DNA of 64,000 nucleotides from Leptospiria bacterium. GTDB taxonomy: Bacteria; Spirochaetota; Leptospiria; Turneriellales; CBDBES01. The notes beneath the pieces are model-generated. The model was not told where the DNA came from, made no database searches, and worked only from the letters and a program-made list of their open reading frames with translations. Made by a program: the position numbers and the translations under genes. Position 1 is the stretch's first letter; the number at the start of each line of letters is the position of its first letter. Positions 29,005 through 37,464 of this stretch are shown in pieces. The stretch is from positions 933,688-997,687 of the forward strand of contig OZ241995.1 in the NCBI GenBank assembly GCA_965204465.1, in the 5' to 3' direction.

Positions 29005-30357
29005 TCAAACGGGCAATGGCGACAATAATTTTTTTAACCTTTCGCTATCCTGTGCTTCTGCAATCACTCTTAAAATAGGTTCTGTATTGGAAGCTCTTAT
29101 ATGTATCCAGGGAATGCCTCCTTCCTCAGATAAATGCAATCCGTCTTCTGCATTTAGGATCATATCTGGAAAACATTCTATTAATTTTTTAGAGGCTACT
29201 TCTGGAGAAATATTTTGCGTTTCTATCTTTTTTTTGACCATGAATGTGGTGGGAAATTCTTTTACTATATCGCTCAAAGGCTTCTTTTTACTCTGTAAAA
29301 GAGAAAGTATCCATGCCACTCCGCAAAAAGAATCTCTGCCAAATGAAAGTATCCTAGGATCAATGACCCCCCCATTTCCTTCTCCTCCAAAAGAGGCCTT
29401 TGTTTCTTGCATTTTTTTTACTACATTTGATTCCCCTATTTTAGAACGATATAATTTAACGGAATTCTGTTCCGCCACCCATTGGTTCAGCCAGGAACTG
29501 GAAAGATTTGTTACAATATCTCCTTTTGTGAATTTCAATGCAGCCATAGAGGCTAGAGGTAATGTGAATTCCTCACCTATAGGATTCCCTTTTTCATCTA
29601 CCACAGAAAGTCGGTCTGCGTCAGGATCAAAGGCAAATCCTATGTCACATTGTTTTTTCCTCATGAAATCGCCAAAATTTCTCAATGCCTTTTCCGTAGG
29701 TTCAGGGGGTCGGGGAAATTCAGATATTAAATGAGGATATATAGAAACATATTCCAAGCCAATGACATCTAGAAATCTATGGATAACTTCTGTAGCAGTA
29801 GAACCCAAGGTATCCACTGCCACCTTTATTTTAGAGTCTTTATCCGGTAGGGGTATATAATGTAGAATATTTCGGATATGAAATTGTATGGCTTCTTCAT
29901 GTATATAAGAATACTTTCCCTGAAATTTATGATCTCCCCATCCATGGGAAGGATCATCTAAATATTTGAGCCAATTGGCATTATCTTCTTCAGAGAAAAA
30001 AAAACCGCCTTTCTTAATAAATTTAAAGGCATTGTATTGGGCCGGATTATGGCTGGCAGAAATCATAATTCCACCTGCCATATTTTTATGATTTATATAT
30101 GCCTTTAGGGTAGGGGTGGGCAATATTCCTAGATCAATTACCTCTCTTCCAAGGGATAATAAAGTTCCTAATACAATTTGACTGATTGCATTCCCAGTAG
30201 ATCGGGTATCTCTGGCAATGCATATCCTTCCTTTAGATAGGGTATAGTGAAATGCCTTTATAAAACCAGTTATATTTTGTGGATGAAGGTCTTTTCCAAA
30301 AATACCCCGTATGCCTGAAACAGAGAATTTAAACGTATCAGAATCGGATAAAAGCAT
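29005..30357 (-). CDS. glmM: Phosphohexomutase (phosphoglucosamine mutase GlmM-like / phosphomannomutase)
   Basis: Active-site SASHNP, metal-binding DPDADR, 450 aa. Confidence 0.7.
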   Translation of the reverse strand: MLLSDSDTFKFSVSGIRGIFGKDLHPQNITGFIKAFHYTLSKGRICIARDTRSTGNAISQIVLGTLLSLGREVIDLGILPTPTLKAYINHKNMAGGIMISASHNPAQYNAFKFIKKGGFFFSEEDNANWLKYLDDPSHGWGDHKFQGKYSYIHEEAIQFHIRNILHYIPLPDKDSKIKVAVDTLGSTATEVIHRFLDVIGLEYVSIYPHLISEFPRPPEPTEKALRNFGDFMRKKQCDIGFAFDPDADRLSVVDEKGNPIGEEFTLPLASMAALKFTKGDIVTNLSSSWLNQWVAEQNSVKLYRSKIGESNVVKKMQETKASFGGEGNGGVIDPRILSFGRDSFCGVAWILSLLQSKKKPLSDIVKEFPTTFMVKKKIETQNISPEVASKKLIECFPDMILNAEDGLHLSEEGGIPWIHIRASNTEPILRVIAEAQDSERLKKLLSPLPV

Positions 30358-30396
30358 TCTTGTGGAAATAGATTGGGAAATGTATTTTTAGATAGA

Positions 30397-31323
30397 CTAT
30401 GGATTTTCCTCTAGGAATTTCTCTGCCTCTATGGCTGCTGCACAACCAGTTCCTGCTGCAGTCACCGCCTGCCTGTAATAATGGTCTTGCGCATCCCCCG
30501 CTGCAAAAACGCCCTGTATATTTGTAGAAGTGCGGTCTGGGTTCGTGATTATATATCCTGTCTTGTCCATCTCAATATCTTTTTTAAATATGTCTGTATT
30601 GGGAACATGGCCAATGGCAATGAATACCCCCCCCGTTGGATGATCCGTAATGGAGTTATCCCTTGCATCTTTTAGTTTAACACCAGAAACCATACCAGTT
30701 TTTTCATCACCGTATATTTCATGGATCATCTTAGAAGTTAATATTTCTATTTTTGGATGGGAACGGGCTCTTTCTAGCATGATCTTACTCGCCTTGAAAT
30801 AATCTCTTCTGTGAAGGATCGTAACCTTAGAAGCAAATTTAGTCAGGAAAATGGCTTCTGTCATGGAGCTATCTCCACCGCCTACCACGACCACTTCTTT
30901 TTCTTTAAAAAAGAAGCCATCACATGTAGCGCATGCAGAAACTCCCTTCCCTTTAAATGCCTTTTCAGAAGGGATGCCTAAGAATCTTGCGGTAGCACCT
31001 GTTGCAATGATCACCGTTTTGGATTCATACCATTTTTCTCCAGAACGAACCTTGAAGGGTCTTTGGTTCAATATAACTTCATCTGCTAAGGCGGTTACCA
31101 ATTCAGAGCCAAATCTTTGGGCCTGTTTTCTTAATATTTCCATCATTTCAGGACCCAGTATACCATCTGGGAAACCTGGATAGTTTTCGACCTCTGTTGT
31201 GATCATCAACTGTCCGCCCCTCTCGATGCCTTCTAATACAAGCGTTTTTAAATTCGCCCTGCCTGCATAGATAGCGGCTGTATAGCCAGCAGGACCAGAA
31301 CCAATGATGATCGTATCATACAT
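30397..31323 (-). CDS. trxB: Thioredoxin reductase
   Basis: GSGPAGYTAAIY FAD motif, redox CATCDG, NADPH GGGDS motif. Confidence 0.85.
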   Translation of the reverse strand: MYDTIIIGSGPAGYTAAIYAGRANLKTLVLEGIERGGQLMITTEVENYPGFPDGILGPEMMEILRKQAQRFGSELVTALADEVILNQRPFKVRSGEKWYESKTVIIATGATARFLGIPSEKAFKGKGVSACATCDGFFFKEKEVVVVGGGDSSMTEAIFLTKFASKVTILHRRDYFKASKIMLERARSHPKIEILTSKMIHEIYGDEKTGMVSGVKLKDARDNSITDHPTGGVFIAIGHVPNTDIFKKDIEMDKTGYIITNPDRTSTNIQGVFAAGDAQDHYYRQAVTAAGTGCAAAIEAEKFLEENP

Positions 31324-31351
31324 AGAGTTCTATTTCTAAATACTGTTCTGT

Positions 31352-32650
31352 CTAGTCCAGCTCTTTTTTAAGGGATTTTCCAGAAGATTCTTCTTTTTTT
31401 TGCAATATCTCAGACAGATCTAAACCAGTTGCATTCTTGACCTGTTCCATTACAGACACAACAGAACCTGTTATATTTTTAACTACAGAGGGTACTCCCT
31501 TTCCTTCCCCGCTATCCACCACAGTAAGTTTATCAATATGCAGATTATTAGAGATGGTTTCCGTTATCTTACCTATGATATGCGGTAGCTGTTGTATAAG
31601 GAATAGCTCCTTTGTATTTCCCTTTTCCCATTCGGAGCGCATCATATTGACGGCCTGCGCGGTTGCCTTACCATCTTCCAATATCCTGGAAGCCTTTCCC
31701 TTCGCTAAGTTTTCGCTAGCCTCTCTTTCTGCCTTTGAAGGTATTACTTTATCCGCTTCATATTTTTTCTGATTTAGTTTTACTCTGCCTTCTTCTACCT
31801 TGAGTTCTTCATGTACGCGGGTAATTTCTCTGGCTATTATTGCCTTTTGTTCCTCTTTATTTGAAATAGTATCCAATTGGGCTGTCTTTACTTTTAACTG
31901 ATTAGAAGCCTCTGCCATTTTTATTCCGGCTGTTTTCTCTGCGATCAAAGCCGATTTATTGAGATCGGATACGGCCACCCTGGACTCCGAATGAGCTTTC
32001 GCCTCTGCAATGCTAGCCTCCTTTTTAACTTCTGCATTTTTCTTTCTACCAATGGCCTCTAAATAACCATGCTGCTCAGAAATGTTGAGTATTTTAAAAG
32101 TATCTACTTGCAGACCCAATCTCTTCAAGTCTTCTCTGGATTCAGAAATTACTTTTTTGGCAAAATCTAATCTCTTTGAATTGACTTCTTCCGGAGACAT
32201 CATTGCTAAAATGCCTCTAAAGTTTCCCTCTAAAACCTCTTTTGCCGCTTGGGTAATGTACTCTGGGCTCTTTCCCATAAAACGCTCTATGGCATTTGCT
32301 AAACCTTCTTCTACTGTGCTTGATAATTTAATATTGCCTACTCCCTGCAGGTTTACAGGGATCAAACCAGCCGCAAGAGCGTCTTGAATGGAAATTTCAA
32401 TGGGAATTGTGCTCAAAGACATAGAATATACTTTCTCTATGATCGGAATACGAAAGCCTCTGCCTCGCACGATCTTATAGCCCACTCTCTTGCTGTCTTT
32501 TAGCTTGCGCTGACGTCCCGAAAATATCAATACCTCACTCGGCCCACATATCCTGAGATTGGCCTTGATAAAAATCAGGAACCCCAGCAATAGAAATACC
32601 AGTCCTATTAAAAAAGCTGGCGTTAATAGAATAGTAAAATTTTCTAACAT
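31352..32650 (-). CDS. SPFH/band-7 flotillin-like protein
   Basis: N-terminal TM, SPFH domain, long Ala/Glu/Lys-rich coiled-coil. Confidence 0.65.
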   Translation of the reverse strand: MLENFTILLTPAFLIGLVFLLLGFLIFIKANLRICGPSEVLIFSGRQRKLKDSKRVGYKIVRGRGFRIPIIEKVYSMSLSTIPIEISIQDALAAGLIPVNLQGVGNIKLSSTVEEGLANAIERFMGKSPEYITQAAKEVLEGNFRGILAMMSPEEVNSKRLDFAKKVISESREDLKRLGLQVDTFKILNISEQHGYLEAIGRKKNAEVKKEASIAEAKAHSESRVAVSDLNKSALIAEKTAGIKMAEASNQLKVKTAQLDTISNKEEQKAIIAREITRVHEELKVEEGRVKLNQKKYEADKVIPSKAEREASENLAKGKASRILEDGKATAQAVNMMRSEWEKGNTKELFLIQQLPHIIGKITETISNNLHIDKLTVVDSGEGKGVPSVVKNITGSVVSVMEQVKNATGLDLSEILQKKEESSGKSLKKELD

Positions 32651-32665
32651 TGAAATATACCTCCT

Positions 32666-34090
32666 CTAAATGTCATAATATAGTGCAAATTCATGAGGGT
32701 GTGGACGAAGTCTTATAGAGTCTATTTCATGTTTCATCTTGTAATCTATCCACATTTCTATCATGTCGCTTGTAAATACCCCTCCCTTCAAAAGGAAATC
32801 ATGGTCTTTTTCTAACTCACGAATGGATTCTGCCAGATCGGAGGGGGTGGATTTGATTGCCGCTGTTTTTTCTGCGGGAAGTGTATATAGGTCTTTATCT
32901 AATGGTTCCGGAGGCTCAATACCATTCAGGATACCATCCAATCCGGCCATTAATATGGCAGAAAAAGCCAAATATGGATTGCAAGAAGGGTCAGGGCACC
33001 TAAATTCAATTCTCTTTGATTTTTCATCGTCTCCTTGTAGAGGTACCCTAATAGCGGCGGAACGATTTCTAGAGGAATAGGTCAATAATATAGGTGCTTC
33101 ATAACCTGGTACCAATCTACGATAAGAATTTGTACTTGGATTTGTAAAGGCCAGAACAGCTCCTGAATGTTTTATCAGCCCACCTATAAAATATTCTGCT
33201 AATTGACTTAGGTCTCCATATCTTCCTCTACCAAAAAAAAGATTTTGACCTTCTTTCCAAATAGAAACATGAGTATGCATTCCATTTCCATTATCCATGA
33301 AAAGAGGCTTTGGCATAAAGGTTACTGTCTTGTTATAGCGTTTGGCCGTATTCTTAATTACATATTTATATTTCATTAGAATATCTGCTTGCTTCTTTAG
33401 TTCGCCAAAACGAATACCAATCTCTGACTGTCCTGCTGTTCCCACTTCATGGTGATGCAGTTCCACATCGATGCCTATATCCTGCAATACTTCAACCATT
33501 TTGGTACGCAGATTTTGATAATTATCACTAGGAGATACTGGGAAATAACCTCTTTTATGCGGAATTTTATATCCTAGATTTTTACTCTCTTCAAGATGTC
33601 TTTTACCTGTATTCCACGCGCCTTCAGCAGAGTCGATAAAGTGAAAACTCTGATTACTGGTTTGATCATAGGCGATTTCATCAAAAATATAGAACTCGGC
33701 TTCAGGGCCAAAAAAAACAGTATCCCCTACTCCGCTTTTTTTTAAGTAATTTTCGGCTTTTTGAGCAATATTTCTTGGGTCCCTGCTATAATCGATCATT
33801 CCAACTGGATTGACAACATTGCATACAAAACTCAGAGTAGGTGTGTCGCAAAATGGATCAATGAATGCCGTTTCAGGGTCTGGTTTCAACAGCATGTCAC
33901 TTTCATTGATCAACTGAAAACCCCTTATGGAAGAACCATCGAAGCTAATTCCATCACTAAAAGTAGATGCTTCCAAATGCTTTACTGGGATGGAAATATG
34001 ATTCCATGTCCCAGGAAGATCAGTGAATTTAAAATCTATAAATTGAATTTTCTTCTGAGAGATGATTCTAAAAATATCACTGATCTTCAT
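32666..34090 (-). CDS. glnA: Glutamine synthetase type I
   Basis: DGSSIRGF, NPYLAFSAILMAGLDGI, 474 aa. Confidence 0.9.
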   Translation of the reverse strand: MKISDIFRIISQKKIQFIDFKFTDLPGTWNHISIPVKHLEASTFSDGISFDGSSIRGFQLINESDMLLKPDPETAFIDPFCDTPTLSFVCNVVNPVGMIDYSRDPRNIAQKAENYLKKSGVGDTVFFGPEAEFYIFDEIAYDQTSNQSFHFIDSAEGAWNTGKRHLEESKNLGYKIPHKRGYFPVSPSDNYQNLRTKMVEVLQDIGIDVELHHHEVGTAGQSEIGIRFGELKKQADILMKYKYVIKNTAKRYNKTVTFMPKPLFMDNGNGMHTHVSIWKEGQNLFFGRGRYGDLSQLAEYFIGGLIKHSGAVLAFTNPSTNSYRRLVPGYEAPILLTYSSRNRSAAIRVPLQGDDEKSKRIEFRCPDPSCNPYLAFSAILMAGLDGILNGIEPPEPLDKDLYTLPAEKTAAIKSTPSDLAESIRELEKDHDFLLKGGVFTSDMIEMWIDYKMKHEIDSIRLRPHPHEFALYYDI

Positions 34091-34101
34091 TTAATATAAG
34101 G

Positions 34102-34443
34102 CTACCCTATCGCCTTTGTACCTCTTTCTTCTGTACGAATACGAACACATTCAGTCAAATCCTGTACAAATATTTTTCCATCCCCTGTATAACCAGTTTT
34201 AGCCCCATTAATGATGGCTTTGATGGTAGTCTCTACATAATCATCATTGACCGCAATCTCAATTCTGACTTTTTTCAATAATTTGATCTCTTCTTTAATA
34301 CCTCGATAGGTTTCAGTATAGCCGCTTTGAGCACCTGCTCCAAGCGCATTGGTTACGGTCATTTTAGTTACCTGCGCATCAAAAAGCGCTTTTTTTATAT
34401 CTGGTAATTTATGTGGTTGGATCATCACTGTAATTAATTTCAT
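34102..34443 (-). CDS. glnB: Nitrogen regulatory protein P-II family
   Basis: 112-aa P-II architecture, C-terminal TGxxGDGKIFV; divergent T-loop ([14 protein letters not shown]). Confidence 0.7.
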   Translation of the reverse strand: MKLITVMIQPHKLPDIKKALFDAQVTKMTVTNALGAGAQSGYTETYRGIKEEIKLLKKVRIEIAVNDDYVETTIKAIINGAKTGYTGDGKIFVQDLTECVRIRTEERGTKAIG

Positions 34444-34490
34444 AACGATTAACTCCTCAATTTCTTATTCTAACGCTAACTCAATGCTAT

Positions 34491-35828
34491 TCAGTCAGAA
34501 CTAAATATCTGGAACCCTGCATAAGATTCCATTTCATGTTCTGCCAAATCAAGACCCTTGATCTCTTCTTCTCTGCTGACTCTTATACCAACGGCTGCTT
34601 TAATTATCCCAAATATAATAAAAGCAGAGCCAAAACTAAATGCTCCTATGGATAAAACTCCTATGAGTTGATTCATAAGAGAATGTTCTGGGTTTACACT
34701 GAATATTCCCACGGCTAAAGTGCCCCATATTCCGCAAACAAGGTGCACAGAAACAGCGCCTACTGGATCATCTAATTTTATTGTATCGAGGCCTACCACA
34801 GAATAAACCACGATAAAACCAGCGATAGCTCCTATGACCACCGAGCTTAACGGGGATACTACATCTGCCCCGGCAGTGATTCCTACCAAACCGGCTAACG
34901 ATCCATTCAATACCATGGAGAGGTCTGGACTTCCGCTTATTAATGCGGAGGCCAAAGCGCTTCCCACAATACCTGCTGCTGCCGCGAGTGTGGTATTTAC
35001 TAAGACGAGTGACAGAGGTCCAGGGTCTGCAGAGAGAACGGATCCTCCATTGAAGCCAAACCAACCAAACCAAAGAAGAAAAACCCCTATGGTTACTAGT
35101 GGCATATTATGTCCATGTATTGGTTTGATAGTACCATCGGAACTGTATTTGCTTAGTCTGGGACCTAGCAAGATGATCCCGATCAAGGCTGCCCAGCCTC
35201 CCACAGAGTGAACCAATGTGGAACCTGCAAAATCATAAAAACCTAGTTCATCTAGCCAGCCTCCGCCCCATTTCCAGCTGCCTACAATGGGATAAATGAA
35301 CGCCACATAGATGCTAACTCCAATCAAAAATGGCCATAATTTTATCCTTTCTGCAACCGCACCAGACATGATGGTAGCAGCAGTTGCTGCAAACATCGCC
35401 TGGAAAAGAAAATCTGTCCAGTAAGTATAAGTACCATCTGCATACTGGATCAAACCTGCTTCTCCTTCAGGGCTTTGTATACCAAATCCTGCAAAACCAA
35501 ATAATTTTCCCCAGATGGCATTCTGGGTAAAATCAGGGTACATTAGACTGAATCCCATCAAAGCGTATGTTAAAATACCAATGGCTATGATGAAAACATT
35601 CTTAAAGAGAATATTTACTGTATTCTTAGACCTGGTTAACCCTGTCTCCAGAGAAGCAAAGCCTAGATGCATTATAAAAACCAAAAAAGTGGCTACCAGC
35701 ATCCATACATTGTGGATCAAAAATCGGGCTGCTGCATCTACTATATCTACCGACCCTGCAGTGGATTCTTCTGCAAATAAAGATGTACTGATCATGATCC
35801 CAAAAAGAAATTTACTTAAATGTATCAT
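34491..35828 (-). CDS. amtB: Ammonium transporter Amt
   Basis: DFAGSTLVHSVGGWAAL motif; ~11 TM; signal peptide. Confidence 0.85.
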   Translation of the reverse strand: MIHLSKFLFGIMISTSLFAEESTAGSVDIVDAAARFLIHNVWMLVATFLVFIMHLGFASLETGLTRSKNTVNILFKNVFIIAIGILTYALMGFSLMYPDFTQNAIWGKLFGFAGFGIQSPEGEAGLIQYADGTYTYWTDFLFQAMFAATAATIMSGAVAERIKLWPFLIGVSIYVAFIYPIVGSWKWGGGWLDELGFYDFAGSTLVHSVGGWAALIGIILLGPRLSKYSSDGTIKPIHGHNMPLVTIGVFLLWFGWFGFNGGSVLSADPGPLSLVLVNTTLAAAAGIVGSALASALISGSPDLSMVLNGSLAGLVGITAGADVVSPLSSVVIGAIAGFIVVYSVVGLDTIKLDDPVGAVSVHLVCGIWGTLAVGIFSVNPEHSLMNQLIGVLSIGAFSFGSAFIIFGIIKAAVGIRVSREEEIKGLDLAEHEMESYAGFQIFSSD

Positions 35829-36074
35829 ATACTTTTTTACTACCTCCTATTTTAATTTTAATAGATCATATACATTATAAAATCATATTTGATACTAAAG
35901 AATATGCAAAAAACATGCCATGTAATTATATTCTTTAATGTTTAATAACTATCAAATAAGTATATATAGTATACAATAGGATATATTTGCTACCATTATG
36001 AAATTTTTTATAGATCAGATAATGTAAAATCTTTAAATATAGCAGGCAATAAAAACGGAAAATCATGCTCCTAT

Positions 36075-37217
36075 TCATTTATATCTTCCATATCTTCTGC
36101 TTAGTGGATCACGGGATACAAATTGGCAAATAGTATCGTTGCCATTGTATTGTTTCTCTCTCATCCAAAAGCGGGAGAGATGCAGAATTGGTTTCTTCCA
36201 TGAGCCTGAAAATTGAATACTGCCTACATTTATATATTCATCGGTGAGACGGACCAAAAGAAAATTATAAGTGTCTTTAGCCCCGCCACTGGTAAACACA
36301 GGAATGCGTTCATCCCCCAGATGCCAGTCACAATATCCACTGATGTGCCAGTGCCCCGTAAACATGGCCACTACATTATGGTCTTTAATGAGGTTTTTTA
36401 GTCTATTTATATCTTTATTTTTCCACCAACGACAGTTTTCAAGAGTATATTTTTCTTCTGGTTCTCCAAAAGGCTGATCATAACATAGAGAAAAATCATC
36501 CAGACCATAATGCTGTATCAGTATAATTTTTTGATTCTTCTGCCTGGCTTTAGCAAAGTCTTTTTTTAGCCATTCTATCTCTTTAGCCCCGGTGCTCCCC
36601 CCATATTCATGCATTTGCACAAAATGAAATATTCCAACATCCCAGGAATAGTTTTTAGAATGAGCATCAAAACTAAAACCCGGATGCCTGATACTACCCA
36701 ATCTTTTAACAATATATTGAATAGAATAGTTGCTATCCAGATCATGATTTCCCAAACCAGGGAAAACAATTAGATCGGTCTTTTCATAGACAGAACGAAA
36801 TAATTCCCATTCACTTCGTTTACCGTGCATGGTAAGGTCGCCTGTAAAAAGAAGAAAAAGAGGACTTTCAATTTTATCTGCTACCCCAAAAGAAAAAGCA
36901 TTGGAATTGTAATATGTCCTGGGAGTCCATACTCCCTGCATTAGACCTCCATTTTGCTTTCTACCGATCATCTTATGAACTTGTTTCATCGCAGAGGAGG
37001 CTAACAGATGTATTTGTTTATCCTCCCTAAAATCAAATTGGGGGTCGCCAGCTACCAGAAAGGTGATATCTGTCTTTGAGTTAATCTTCTTCTGATATGC
37101 TTCAAAATTAAAAGGTGGGATATTCGATCCAAACCAACCATAATTCTTTAGAGGAGAACAGCAAAGAAAAATACAGGGCAGTATTAAATACAGTAAAAAT
37201 TTGATCGCGTACATCAT
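36075..37217 (-). CDS. Calcineurin-like metallophosphoesterase (secreted/lipoprotein)
   Basis: GDxxD...GNHD...GHWH motifs; N-terminal signal with Cys. Confidence 0.65.
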   Translation of the reverse strand: MMYAIKFLLYLILPCIFLCCSPLKNYGWFGSNIPPFNFEAYQKKINSKTDITFLVAGDPQFDFREDKQIHLLASSAMKQVHKMIGRKQNGGLMQGVWTPRTYYNSNAFSFGVADKIESPLFLLFTGDLTMHGKRSEWELFRSVYEKTDLIVFPGLGNHDLDSNYSIQYIVKRLGSIRHPGFSFDAHSKNYSWDVGIFHFVQMHEYGGSTGAKEIEWLKKDFAKARQKNQKIILIQHYGLDDFSLCYDQPFGEPEEKYTLENCRWWKNKDINRLKNLIKDHNVVAMFTGHWHISGYCDWHLGDERIPVFTSGGAKDTYNFLLVRLTDEYINVGSIQFSGSWKKPILHLSRFWMREKQYNGNDTICQFVSRDPLSRRYGRYK

Positions 37218-37464
37218 AGATGATCTGCCAGAACAACAACATATTCATACTGATTCAGAAAGAAAAGTAATAAAAGCATATACATTACTTTCAATTAAAG
37301 CATATCTTGTGCAACAGAAAAACTAAAAATTTTTGTTGAATCCATCCAACTTTTAGTGTAAAAAAGGCAAGACAAAAAAAATAGGGGATAGGGTATCCTA
37401 TACAGGATCCATTAAAGACTTTGCCCTGGATCAATTCCAAGGCAAAGTAATATTAATATATATT

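Noticed and set aside
29087-29734. 215-aa plus-strand ORF
   Set aside because: It is antisense to the well-supported phosphohexomutase gene and has Ser/Pro-rich low-complexity composition.
34768-35211. Two ~100-125-aa ORFs overlapping amtB
   Set aside because: They are antisense or out-of-frame readings of the relatively GC-richer amtB gene, Arg- and Pro-rich as is typical of spurious ORFs.
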